Shown: positions 1-9,530 of the stretch, piece by piece
Position numbering within the stretch: position 1 is the first letter of the stretch
Layout of the letters: each line of letters opens with the position of its first letter
Source of the DNA: Nitrosopumilus sp.
GTDB lineage: Archaea; Thermoproteota; Nitrososphaeria; Nitrososphaerales; Nitrosopumilaceae
Direction of reading: 5' to 3'
Length of the DNA: 64,000 nt
Assembly: GCA_965218695.1 (NCBI GenBank)
Contig: OZ244651.1
Location: forward strand, 2,208,001 to 2,272,000
Notes under the pieces: model-generated
What the model saw: the letters and a program-made list of their open reading frames with translations, nothing else
Told to the model about the DNA's origin: nothing
Database searches by the model: none
Position numbers and translations under genes: made by a program

Positions 1-643
1 ACAGCACGTTGCCCTCGATACCAGCAATTCTCCTGACTGCCTCCTCTACGAACCCCTCCATGGTCCACTCCTGCCCTGCCCTGCACACATCAAGTACAAA
101 ATTACTAATAATTCCGGTTCCCTTCTCGGTGTGCGCCACCTCTGGATGGAACTGGATCCCATATACGGGCCTCTCCTCTGAGACGATTGCAGCAGCCTTT
201 ACGTTGTCTGTATGTCCTATAACCCTGAATCCCGGAGGGACTGCCTCTGCCTCGTCGCCATGGCTCATCCACGCCTTTACAGAATCCCCTATTCCTCCCA
301 AAAGATCGCCTGCGTCATCTATCCTGAGTTGTGCCGAACCGTACTCCTTGTTTGCCCGCTTTACCCTTCCGCCATGCCTGTCCACAATCAGCTGGTGCCC
401 GTAACAGATTCCAAGTATGGGAAGTCCCATCTCAAAGATCCCGTCGTCTGGAATGGGGGCATCCTGCTCGTATACACTTGACGGACCGCCTGACAGAATG
501 ATTCCCTTGGGGTTGTGTTTTTTCAGCTCCTCGCAGGTAATGTCATAGGGAACCAGCTCTGCATACACTGAGAGATCCCTTATCCTTCTGCAGATTAGGT
601 GGCTGTACTGTGATCCAAAATCTAGCACCGTGATCCTGTCCAT
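1..643 (-). CDS. guaA: GMP synthase (glutamine-hydrolysing), N-terminal part, runs off window
   Basis: Reverse translation from ATG at 643 gives MDRITVLDFGSQYSHLICRRIR..ILSGGPSSV..LGICYG..GIQFHPEVAH (class I GATase motifs). Not in the ORF track. Confidence 0.93.
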   Translation of the reverse strand, partial: MDRITVLDFGSQYSHLICRRIRDLSVYAELVPYDITCEELKKHNPKGIILSGGPSSVYEQDAPIPDDGIFEMGLPILGICYGHQLIVDRHGGRVKRANKEYGSAQLRIDDAGDLLGGIGDSVKAWMSHGDEAEAVPPGFRVIGHTDNVKAAAIVSEERPVYGIQFHPEVAHTEKGTGIISNFVLDVCRAGQEWTMEGFVEEAVRRIAGIEGNVL

Positions 644-647
644 ACCA

Positions 648-1304
648 TCACTTGCCGGTCTTTTCAAGCATTCTTGTAAGCGACCATTCTGCCGCATTGA
701 TAAGATCCCCTGTCCTGTCGTCTCCGCCATAATTCCTGATTACTATCTCCCGGATGCCGGTCTTGTCGCTGTCCACCGTACACTCTATGACCGACTCTGG
801 TAAAATATCCCCCCTTTTGGCCATGGCCTCGTCCTTTCTCCTTATGTCCCCGATGATCCTGTCCATGAAGAATGAACGGAACGGCGGCGTATCCTCCCTT
901 ACCCTGATGTGATCCTCAAGCGTAATGGAGAGCCGATCCTGTGTGATGCGCGCCCTTGCGATAAGATCCCCACCATTTCCCCTCTTGATTGGAATCGAGT
1001 CGTCGTCCTGCACCGAGTCCTCAGGAATGTCCTCAGGGGCATCCTCAGGAATGTCCTCAGGGGCATCCTCAGGAATGTCCTCAGGGGCATCCTCAGGAAT
1101 GTCCTCAGGGGCATCCTTTGGAGCACCATCTGTCCTTGGGGCCATCTGGGACGCCCTTGTGAAACTGGATTCCTTCAGAACCGTATCCAAAATGCGGAGG
1201 TTCTTCTCCAGGGAATCGATGGCCTCTTGGTGGTCGCTTATCTTTCTGGTCAGTTTCTCCTTGAGTGTTACAATGTCCCTTATCTGCTCCTCTGAGAACA
1301 TCAT
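648..1304 (-). CDS. Hypothetical coiled-coil protein with PEDI/PEDA repeat linker
   Basis: ORF 648..1364; likely start MMFSEEQ at 1304; co-oriented with guaA. Confidence 0.75.
   Translation of the reverse strand: MMFSEEQIRDIVTLKEKLTRKISDHQEAIDSLEKNLRILDTVLKESSFTRASQMAPRTDGAPKDAPEDIPEDAPEDIPEDAPEDIPEDAPEDIPEDSVQDDDSIPIKRGNGGDLIARARITQDRLSITLEDHIRVREDTPPFRSFFMDRIIGDIRRKDEAMAKRGDILPESVIECTVDSDKTGIREIVIRNYGGDDRTGDLINAAEWSLTRMLEKTGK
1018..1117. repeat. 24-bp coding tandem repeat (TCCTCAGGAATGTCCTCAGGGGCA) x~4
   Basis: Seen directly; encodes (APEDIPED)n. Confidence 0.95.
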
Positions 1305-1360
1305 GATTAGATGATCGTCAGGTTGGGTATTAAATGCATTCCAGCCAATACTGGCACGCA

Positions 1361-2113
1361 TCACTTTGCAGAACTGCCCACCATCCGCCCCAGCGTTTCA
1401 TAGGATATCCTTTCAAATCCCCGAATCTGCCTTGACGTGGTGTACAGTTCGGATTCCGTGTGTACTGCAAGCCATTCCAGAAGCTCCTGACCCTTTCTGA
1501 GCTTTGCAAGCTTTGTCTGGTTGTCCTGCATTGGTGTGCCAGAATGCCTCCCGATCCTGTCTCCAAAATCCATCCCAAACAGGACTATTCTGTCTGCACC
1601 ATAGTGGCTTGCAAGAAAGACTGCCCTGTCCCCGTCGGTAAACCCTCCAAAGTTTTGAATCCTGCCTGACTGTCCTGACTGGGCCGTCCCGATGCAGTTT
1701 TTGAACCTTCCTGCAATGTGCAGCCTGTCCCGGTTGTCCCCGTGGGCATGCACGACAAATATGGTCTGCGTATCTGCCATCCCATCAAAAAGGTCCAGAT
1801 CCCCGTCCAGATCGGTAACTATGACATCCGGCACGATTCGGTTCCTCATGAGCAGTCCTGCCGAGCTGTCAGCTGCAATTATTACCGTCCCTTCCCCGTA
1901 TCTCCTGAGATGCCTTACTGCAGACGGCAGCGAGGGTCCGGCACCTATCACAAAGATTGTACTGCCGCGTATCATCCTGGCGATTCTTGCCTCCGCGTCA
2001 GATTCCCTTATGATGGTTCCAAGAAGGGCAGCCGATCCCTCGTCCCTGTACCTGTCATACCCGAACTCCTTTAGGATCCGGGCATACTGGTGCTCCCAGT
2101 CCGGAATGGTCAT
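1361..2113 (-). CDS. mptE: 6-hydroxymethyl-7,8-dihydropterin pyrophosphokinase (DUF115/MptE)
   Basis: GAGPSL, IVTDLDG, VHAHGDN, NFGGFTDGDR motifs; divergent from folP. Confidence 0.88.
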   Translation of the reverse strand: MTIPDWEHQYARILKEFGYDRYRDEGSAALLGTIIRESDAEARIARMIRGSTIFVIGAGPSLPSAVRHLRRYGEGTVIIAADSSAGLLMRNRIVPDVIVTDLDGDLDLFDGMADTQTIFVVHAHGDNRDRLHIAGRFKNCIGTAQSGQSGRIQNFGGFTDGDRAVFLASHYGADRIVLFGMDFGDRIGRHSGTPMQDNQTKLAKLRKGQELLEWLAVHTESELYTTSRQIRGFERISYETLGRMVGSSAK

Positions 2114-2141
2114 ATGACTAAAATTGTCCGGACACCCATAA

Positions 2142-3032
2142 ATGATTATGACTGTGATTGGAGGCGTGCGGGTGGGCAGGCCCCACAGGGTACGCATAAT
2201 GGGAATTCTCAATACCAGTCCCGAGTCGTTCTACAGCGGGTCGGTCCGCACCGGCAATACTGCAATACGCGATGCTGCAAGGCAGATGGAGGATGACGGG
2301 GCCGACTTTATCGACGTGGGGGGAATGTCCACTGCGCCATACCTTCAGACCATGATATCCGAGGAGACAGAACGGGACAGAATTCTCAACGCGGTGCGCA
2401 TAATCCAGGACGCGTCAAACCTGCCCATATCAGTTGACACCTGCAGGGCCTCGGTGGCCCGGGCCGCCATGGAGTGCGGGGTCCGGATAATTAATGACAT
2501 CACAGGACTAAAGTACGACCCGGAGATGAGAAATGTGGCATCCAGGTATGCGCCGTCTCTAATCCTGTGCGCGTACAGTTCCCGGCCTGTAAAGGGGAAT
2601 CACGTGGATGTTACATCCGGACTACTACAGGAGAGTCTGGATATAGCAAAACTTGCATCCGTCCCGGCAAACAAAATAGTACTGGATCCGTCGATAGGAT
2701 TCTTCAGAAGGGATGGAAACGGCGGCCCATTCCATACAAGGATTAGGGGCAGCTGGGTATCCCGGGATCTTGAAGTGATCCGGAATCTGAGTCATATATC
2801 CCCGGACATTCCAATCATGGTATCCGTATCCAACAAGTCGTTTCTAGGATACCTGCTGAAAGAGAATGATCCCTCCCGAAGGCTGGCAGGCTCGATTGCA
2901 GCCGAGACTGTATCTGTCATGTCAGGTGCCAGCGTCATCCGCACCCACAACGTAAGAGCTGCTAGGGATGCGGCAACCGTTGCCGCTGCGCTGATGCGCA
3001 GCGACCGTCGCAAGGATCCCGGCAATTGTTAG
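2142..3032 (+). CDS. folP: Dihydropteroate synthase
   Basis: IMGILNTSPESF, DVGGMST, ISVDT, DPSIGF, SNKSF, IRTHNV motifs. Confidence 0.93.
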   Translation: MIMTVIGGVRVGRPHRVRIMGILNTSPESFYSGSVRTGNTAIRDAARQMEDDGADFIDVGGMSTAPYLQTMISEETERDRILNAVRIIQDASNLPISVDTCRASVARAAMECGVRIINDITGLKYDPEMRNVASRYAPSLILCAYSSRPVKGNHVDVTSGLLQESLDIAKLASVPANKIVLDPSIGFFRRDGNGGPFHTRIRGSWVSRDLEVIRNLSHISPDIPIMVSVSNKSFLGYLLKENDPSRRLAGSIAAETVSVMSGASVIRTHNVRAARDAATVAAALMRSDRRKDPGNC

Positions 3033-3195
3033 AGATTGGCACCTCTCGGATATGGCTATCACACACGGTCTGCGACACCAGAAATTTTACATCTTTCAAA
3101 GCATCCTTGCATGCCGATGCAAACTGCCAAAGCCCCGCCGGCCCCCTCAAAACAAAGGCTTATAATCAATATGGACACTTCCTAACAAGGTTTCA

Positions 3196-4626
3196 TTGGA
3201 ATTCAAAGAGGGGTTGACATTTGACGATGTTCTCCTTGTTCCCAAATACTCCAACATTACAAGCAGGAGCCAGACTGATCTGACCACCCGGCTGTCCCGC
3301 AACATCTCAATCAACATTCCGTTTGTAAGTGCAAACATGGATACTGTCACAGAGTCCTCCATGGCAGTGGCCATGGCCCGGGCAGGCGGAATCGGCATCA
3401 TACACAGGTTCCTGACGATAAAGGAGCAGGCAGACGAGATCCTCAAGGTAAAGCGGTCAGGCAGCGTCATAATAGAGAACCCGTACCTGATATCCCAAGA
3501 CAGATCCGTTCAGGATGCGATGAACTACGCAACAGAAAAAGACGTATCCGGATTGCTGGTGGTGGACTCTGAGTCCAGGCTGGTCGGAATAATAACTGAC
3601 AGGGATCTGCTGTTTGCCGATCCGCAGAACACCGTCATGGAGTGCATGACCAAGGACGTCATCTCTGCAAGGCCCGGGGTGACCCTTGATGTCGCAAAGG
3701 AGATGCTGCACAGGCACAGGATCGAAAAGCTTCCCATTATTGACGACTCTGGCAAGGTCATGGGGTTGATTACAAGCAAGGACATTACAAACATTGCAGA
3801 CTTTCCAAATGCCTCCAAGGACGGCAAGGGCCGTCCGCTGGTGGGTGCAGCAGTGGGTGTTAGGGGGGACTTTTTGGAAAGAAGCGAATCCCTGCTGGAT
3901 GCGGGTGCAGACGTGCTTGTAGTGGACATAGCGCACGGCCACAGCGAAAACGCACTTAATGCAATCCGCAGCATCAAAAAGGCGTTCCCGGACGGGGAGC
4001 TGATTGCAGGAAATGTCGCAACCGCCAATGGCGCCAGAGATCTTATCCGGGCTGGTGTCGATGCCGTAAAGGTGGGGGTTGGTTCAGGCTCCATATGCAT
4101 AACCCGCGTGATTACGGGATCCGGCGTGCCACAGCTTACTGCGGTGATGAACTGCGCACAGGTGGGACGGGACGAGGACATTCCGATAATCTCAGACGGG
4201 GGCACAAGAAACTCCGGTGATGCCACCAAGGCACTGGCATCCGGCGCATCATCAGTCATGGTGGGAAGCATGCTGGGAGGAACAGACGAGTCGCCGGGTA
4301 CCGTCCTGACAAAGAACGGGAAACGCTTCAAGGTGTACCGCGGGATGGCCTCGCTTGCAGCATCCCTGGGACGCAAGTCAAAGGAGACCGGCCAGACATT
4401 CATCGACGACGAGATCAACGACTATGTGGCAGAGGGCGTCGAGGCGATGGTCCCGTACAAGGGAACAGTAGTCGACATACTCAAGCAGCTTACAGGCGGG
4501 GTACGCTCCGGCCTGAGCTACTGTGGGGCGCAAACCATACTCCAGATGCAGACCAATGCCGAGTTCATCAAGATGTCACGTGCCGGATTTGCAGAAAGCC
4601 AGCCGCACGATGTCTCGCTGATGTGA
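3196..4626 (+). CDS. guaB: IMP dehydrogenase with CBS pair (TTG start)
   Basis: LTFDDVLLVP, SANMDTVT, GVGSGSICIT, YRGMAS. Confidence 0.97.
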   Translation: MEFKEGLTFDDVLLVPKYSNITSRSQTDLTTRLSRNISINIPFVSANMDTVTESSMAVAMARAGGIGIIHRFLTIKEQADEILKVKRSGSVIIENPYLISQDRSVQDAMNYATEKDVSGLLVVDSESRLVGIITDRDLLFADPQNTVMECMTKDVISARPGVTLDVAKEMLHRHRIEKLPIIDDSGKVMGLITSKDITNIADFPNASKDGKGRPLVGAAVGVRGDFLERSESLLDAGADVLVVDIAHGHSENALNAIRSIKKAFPDGELIAGNVATANGARDLIRAGVDAVKVGVGSGSICITRVITGSGVPQLTAVMNCAQVGRDEDIPIISDGGTRNSGDATKALASGASSVMVGSMLGGTDESPGTVLTKNGKRFKVYRGMASLAASLGRKSKETGQTFIDDEINDYVAEGVEAMVPYKGTVVDILKQLTGGVRSGLSYCGAQTILQMQTNAEFIKMSRAGFAESQPHDVSLM

Positions 4627-4888
4627 GATACTGCAGGCCAGGATTGTGCATGCAGATCTGATTCTATACTACTTGTCACATCCGGCATGAGTGCTCTGAC
4701 GCATGAACGGATTTGGGGCAGACATAATATGGATCCCTAATTTTAAAAAAACGCAACCCATACTGACCATCTGCATTGTTTCCCTGCAGGCATTGAATAT
4801 ATCATGTAAATTAATGTCTGGATGGATGGATGGAGTGTACGGCGCCATTTTTTATAATATTTTTATACATCCGATACCATATACCGTC

Positions 4889-5140
4889 ATGCCACAGGTC
4901 AGTACTAGTGACGACATAGAACGAGAATCAAGGCGGGTCATAGGTGCATTGTACGGTGATGTCAGCGACTTTCGGGTCAACGCAACGTTTCAGATTCCGG
5001 AGAAGGGCCCTAGGGAGGCATGGGACGTGCAGGTAAACTTTATGCTCAACTCCCTAAAGTATACCGTCGATCTTGAGATGCAGGAGAAGGACGGCCAGGT
5101 AACCAATGCCAGGCTAATCGACACCATGACGCCTCTCTAA
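4889..5140 (+). CDS. Small hypothetical protein
   Basis: Likely start MPQVSTSD at 4889 after AT-rich promoter-like stretch. Confidence 0.7.
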   Translation: MPQVSTSDDIERESRRVIGALYGDVSDFRVNATFQIPEKGPREAWDVQVNFMLNSLKYTVDLEMQEKDGQVTNARLIDTMTPL

Positions 5141-5159
5141 TTTTTAAAATCTTTCAAGC

Positions 5160-5684
5160 CTATACTGTCAGAATCTTTTTTGCTTCCCTGATCCTTCCAA
5201 GCAGGCTGTTAATGTAGGTGTCTGCAAACCGCTCAAATGTTACATATTCGTTGGCTCTTTCCAGACTCTTCTGTTTTTTGTACTCTGCTTGTAGCCATTC
5301 AAAATCGGACTCCTTGAGGTTGATGGTGCAATTCTGGGAGTCAAACTTTGACTCTATCACGTTGGCGATGAAATAGCTGACAAACTTTGTAAAACACTTT
5401 ACCCGATACTTCTCATAATACTCCTCTCCAAGCTCCGTATGGTTTGCCTCCAGCCACTGCTGTATATCCAACCTGATGGTCATGGTGTTGTATCGTCCTG
5501 AAAGATCAAGCCTGATCCTGTGCGACTCCACGGAGTAGTAGTCGCGCTTTACCTCATTCATCATGATGATCAGCGTGCTTGGAAGAAACATCCCCGGATA
5601 GTTCTTGTCTGTTACATCCTGCAGTTTTGCAATGATCGCAGGCTTCAGACCCACGGTAGCATAGCCTTTTCCGGGCATACACAA
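5160..5684 (-). CDS. Hypothetical protein
   Basis: 174-aa ORF with protein-like composition. Confidence 0.7.
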   Translation of the reverse strand: MCMPGKGYATVGLKPAIIAKLQDVTDKNYPGMFLPSTLIIMMNEVKRDYYSVESHRIRLDLSGRYNTMTIRLDIQQWLEANHTELGEEYYEKYRVKCFTKFVSYFIANVIESKFDSQNCTINLKESDFEWLQAEYKKQKSLERANEYVTFERFADTYINSLLGRIREAKKILTV

Positions 5685-5813
5685 TAGACTGATCTGATGC
5701 TTATATCATTTTCAGATTTTTGTACGTGTCTGTCCTTTCAGCACCATATCGCATCCGGTATTTGCTCCCCGGACATCATACGTGTATGATTCTGCATCGC
5801 AGACTAATCCGTA

Positions 5814-5975
5814 CTATTTCTTGAACTCCTTTACCAGTCGGATTGCCACCCACGCTGTTCCCATTATCATGGTTCCGACACCAAGACCGCTATAGAACGG
5901 ATCTTCTCCACCGGTCTGGCTCAGGCCGATTCCCAGTATAATCAAAATAACTGCAAACGCATACTGCTTGTCCAC
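5814..5975 (-). CDS. Small two-TM membrane protein (53 aa, GTG start)
   Basis: Manual translation MDKQYAFAVILIILGIGLSQTGGEDPFYSGLGVGTMIMGTAWVAIRLVKEFKK; below ORF-track cutoff. Confidence 0.65.
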   Translation of the reverse strand: MDKQYAFAVILIILGIGLSQTGGEDPFYSGLGVGTMIMGTAWVAIRLVKEFKK

Positions 5976-6132
5976 ATCTCTCTTAGGGTTGATGAACTAA
6001 TAAGATTTTGAAGGTGATGTCATATGCATGTAGGCTCCGGAATCGGATTTTTGACCATCGGTGTTCTGTTATCTGTCCGCAGGATCAGTTCCCAGATTTG
6101 ATCCGTTTGTGCCATCAGAAACATCCAAAAAC

Positions 6133-7773
6133 GTATCTGTGTAGTTTTTTGATCAAATGTTGAACTCCATATCTACAATCAGAAAATCCGCGTCTGTCTA
6201 ATTTTTTAAAACTATTTTTGATCACTTGATCGAGTTTTTCTCTCCGTCCTAATTTTTAGATCATTGTTGCCCACGGTTTGCATATGTCTGATGATAATTC
6301 CGAGTCAAAGATTGCAGAACTGGAGGAAAAAGTGGGTGTGATGGCAGAGCAGATGGCCGAAAAAGACCGGCAGATGGCCGAAAAAGACCGGCAGATGGCC
6401 AAACTCGCTGATCTTTACGCTGCCGCCCTCAAACAGATCCAGGATCTCACGGCAGAGTTGCAGGAGGCAAAGGGCATCATATCGGCTGCCGTTGCAAGGA
6501 GCATCGGCGCAAAACCGGACAAAAAGACCGGCAGTACCCGGCGCCGCGCAAAGGGCAAGGGCAAGGCCAAGGGCAAGCCAAGTGACCACAAACGCACGGG
6601 CCTTGCGCGTCCTGAAAGAATAGACGCAGAGGAGACGGCAGATCCCCACACGTGCGACAACTGCGGCAGCTCCGACCTCTCCGAGTGCGTATCCACGTAC
6701 ACAAAGGTGGTAAGGGAGGCTGCCAAGACGGAACTAAAGCACATCAAGGTGACAGTAAAGAGAAGGCGTTGCAGGAACTGCAAGAGGACCGTGTCCGGCA
6801 GGACCCCGCTGGCACTGCCAAACTCCAGGTACGGGATCAACTTTATGATAATGATGGTCATCCTCAGGCTGCACGGCATGTCAGACCTCAGAATATGCAA
6901 TATTGTCATGATGATGTACTCGGCAAGAATCACGGAATCTGCGATAAACCGCATGGTGTGCAGGATGGCCCGGGAGCTCGGGCCGCTGTACGAGAAGATC
7001 AAGGAGGAGGTAAGAAACTCGCCTGCGATAAACGGGGACGAGACAATCTGGCGCGTCGACGGCACGAACTACTGGCTGTGGGTGGCTGTAGCCAGGTACG
7101 CCGTAATCTACGAGGTGCACCGCCACAGGAACTCGAAGGTTCCAAAAAAGATGCTCGGCAAGGACTACCCGGGATGCGTCACGTCTGACTCGTGGGCCGC
7201 GTGGAACGTCATCGGATCCGAACACCAAAAGTGCCACCTTCATTACGCCCGGGACATCAAGGACACCCTGAAATACAAGAATCCCGGCTACGACTACAAG
7301 CGTCACGCAAGGACGCTGCGCGCGATACTGTGGGACTCGCACATCGACGGCGCCGTTCCGGGAGGGGCAGACGCGCTTGCCGCAAAGAAGAGGCTGGATC
7401 GTCGTATTGCGTCACTTATCGGCAGGCTCGAAAAGGACCGCGACTGCAAGCACTGCAACAGGATGCGCAAGAGGCTGGTGCGGGAAAAAGGCCACCTGTT
7501 TGCGTTTCTGGAGACAGACGGCGTCGAATACCACAACAACCGGGCAGAGCGGGCCATCAGGCCGTGCGTCATCCTGCGCAAGAACAGCAACGGGAGCAGG
7601 TCAAAGAAGGGTGCAGATGCCATTGCCACGCTGATGAGCATCAAGCAGACATGCAAGGCAAGGGGAGATGATCTTGGCACGATCCTGCGCGAGGGCCTGG
7701 CTCCACGTCAAAAAACTGCATAGACGCGCGTAGGCATGGAGTTCAACATTTGATCAAAAAACTATGCAGTTAC
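6133..7773 (+). mobile_element. IS66-family element, single-ORF (ISBst12-like), copy 1
   Basis: ~40-bp imperfect TIRs GTA(T/A)CTG..TAGTTTTTTGATCAAATGTTGAACTCCAT; 8-bp TSD CCAAAAAC (6125-6132, 7774-7781). Confidence 0.95.
6278..7723 (+). CDS. IS66 transposase (TnpC-like)
   Basis: Coiled coil, CxxC..CxxC zinc ribbon, GDET, TSD, QKCHLH, NNRAERAIR. Confidence 0.95.
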   Translation: MHMSDDNSESKIAELEEKVGVMAEQMAEKDRQMAEKDRQMAKLADLYAAALKQIQDLTAELQEAKGIISAAVARSIGAKPDKKTGSTRRRAKGKGKAKGKPSDHKRTGLARPERIDAEETADPHTCDNCGSSDLSECVSTYTKVVREAAKTELKHIKVTVKRRRCRNCKRTVSGRTPLALPNSRYGINFMIMMVILRLHGMSDLRICNIVMMMYSARITESAINRMVCRMARELGPLYEKIKEEVRNSPAINGDETIWRVDGTNYWLWVAVARYAVIYEVHRHRNSKVPKKMLGKDYPGCVTSDSWAAWNVIGSEHQKCHLHYARDIKDTLKYKNPGYDYKRHARTLRAILWDSHIDGAVPGGADALAAKKRLDRRIASLIGRLEKDRDCKHCNRMRKRLVREKGHLFAFLETDGVEYHNNRAERAIRPCVILRKNSNGSRSKKGADAIATLMSIKQTCKARGDDLGTILREGLAPRQKTA

Positions 7774-7897
7774 CCAAAAACCCAAAAATTACATAGTTTT
7801 TCCAATAAAATGTACTATACGCATTATTTTTACACACTAAAACGTATTATACCTGAAAATTTCAATATTTATATAATTTCCTGCGCATCTATAATCG

Positions 7898-9484
7898 ATG
7901 GTAGAGATTGATGGGTTTGGTATTGCAATTATCGGATTCATCGTTCTCACGCTTGTAGTGGGCATCCTTGCAGGCAGGCTGGTAAAAAAGAGCGGCAAGA
8001 GGCTGATAGTTGCAGGCAAGAGCCTGCCACTGGTCATGGTCGGAACAATGCTTGCAGCACAGGCAGTGGACGGAAACGCGTCACTGGGAAACATCGCACT
8101 GGTCTTCAGTTTCGGCTTCTGGGCCGGGGCAGTAGTTCCGATAGGCCTGGGCACGTGCCTGTTGGTGGTTGCCGCATTCTATGCCAAACCGCTAAACAAG
8201 ATGTCGATGATTACCCTCCCTGACTTTTACTACCGACGATTCGGAAATGGGGCCGAGGGGATGTCCGGCGTGCTCATGATTCTTAGTTTTATAATTCTCG
8301 TGGCAGGCAATCTGGCTGCCTGTGGGTTCATCCTAGAGGTCGTATTTGGAATAGACTACTTCTGGGGTGTACTGCTCGCATCCCTGGCCGTCGTGGCATA
8401 TACGATAGCCGGGGGACTGTTTGCCTCTGCATATACGAACCTCTTCCAGGTGTATCTTGCAATAGGTTCGTTCTGGGCTGCATTCCTGTTCTTTGGAGGC
8501 GGCTTTGCATCGGTACCGTGGGACGTCATATACAACAACGCCCCGCCGGAGTTTCTGGATCTCTCAGGACTGTATGATGTTGCCAACGGGGCTCTGATCA
8601 ACTGGGGTGCCATATTTGCACTCGGGCTTGGAGACATCATCGCACTTGACTTCATGGAGAGGGTGTTCTCTGCCAAGAACCCAAAGACTGCAAGGAAGGG
8701 TGCCCTCATGGGAGGCGCACTGACACTCTTTACGGTTATTCCTACAAGCATGCTGGGAATCGTGGCATTCTACTATCTTCCAGGAGACACAATACCTGAA
8801 TTGGCCATGCCGATACTTGCCACGCAGTTTATGCCGTTTGCAATAGGAGCTGCCATACTGATGGGAGTGATCGGGGCATCCATGTCCACTGCGAGCGGAG
8901 GGCTGCTGGCCATATCAAGCGTGGTCTCGCGGAACATACTGCAGAGGATAATCCGGCGCAGGTGGCTGGGAAAGCCGGCCTGGAGTGACAACAAGCTGCT
9001 TGTAGCCACGCGGATTGTCATTATCCCCATGATGATCGCCGGTGCCGCACTGGCATACTTTGTGCCTGCCCCCGGATTCTTCCTTATACTGGCATTTGAC
9101 ATCGTCTTTGCCGGGGCCCTTGCGCCTCTCACATTCGGACTCTTCTGGAAGAAGGCAAACATGCCTGCAGCCGTTGCCTCCCTGCTTGGAGGTTCACTCC
9201 TGCGATTGTCGTTCTTCTTCATAGTGCCAGGAGAGTTATACGGATTAGGCTCAATGATACCGCCTGCATTCTCGTTTGTACTGTTTATAGTAGTCGCACT
9301 TGCAACCCAGGACAAGTATCCCGGAAAGGCAAGGCACGACATACGGGACTATGTTCCGCCAGAGGAGGATATCATTGCCGGCGAGGATCTCAAGCACTTT
9401 CAGGAGAGCGACGAGTCGCTGTCCGGCGTGCAGAACACAGACACGTCAGGGCCGGACTCCGGCATGGCGCACAAGAATGCCTGA
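7898..9484 (+). CDS. Sodium:solute symporter (SSS family)
   Basis: ~13 hydrophobic segments; TLPDFYYRRFG, YTIAGGLFAS, GASMST motifs. Confidence 0.9.
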   Translation: MVEIDGFGIAIIGFIVLTLVVGILAGRLVKKSGKRLIVAGKSLPLVMVGTMLAAQAVDGNASLGNIALVFSFGFWAGAVVPIGLGTCLLVVAAFYAKPLNKMSMITLPDFYYRRFGNGAEGMSGVLMILSFIILVAGNLAACGFILEVVFGIDYFWGVLLASLAVVAYTIAGGLFASAYTNLFQVYLAIGSFWAAFLFFGGGFASVPWDVIYNNAPPEFLDLSGLYDVANGALINWGAIFALGLGDIIALDFMERVFSAKNPKTARKGALMGGALTLFTVIPTSMLGIVAFYYLPGDTIPELAMPILATQFMPFAIGAAILMGVIGASMSTASGGLLAISSVVSRNILQRIIRRRWLGKPAWSDNKLLVATRIVIIPMMIAGAALAYFVPAPGFFLILAFDIVFAGALAPLTFGLFWKKANMPAAVASLLGGSLLRLSFFFIVPGELYGLGSMIPPAFSFVLFIVVALATQDKYPGKARHDIRDYVPPEEDIIAGEDLKHFQESDESLSGVQNTDTSGPDSGMAHKNA

Positions 9485-9530
9485 GTCCCTCCCACGTATG
9501 TTTTAATATTTTATGGATAATGGGAAATAG

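Noticed and set aside
1018-1117. Possible CRISPR array (also 26522, 27757, 28606)
   Set aside because: Repeats are contiguous with no unique spacers, have lengths divisible by 3 and lie inside ORFs; no cas genes seen.
3457-4418. Long antisense ORFs here and over most genes and transposases
   Set aside because: Shadow frames of well-supported genes on the opposite strand.
7782-7897. Guanidine riboswitch upstream of the symporter (or at 13576-13720)
   Set aside because: AT-rich promoter-like DNA; no paired ACGR hairpins or ykkC-like structure seen.
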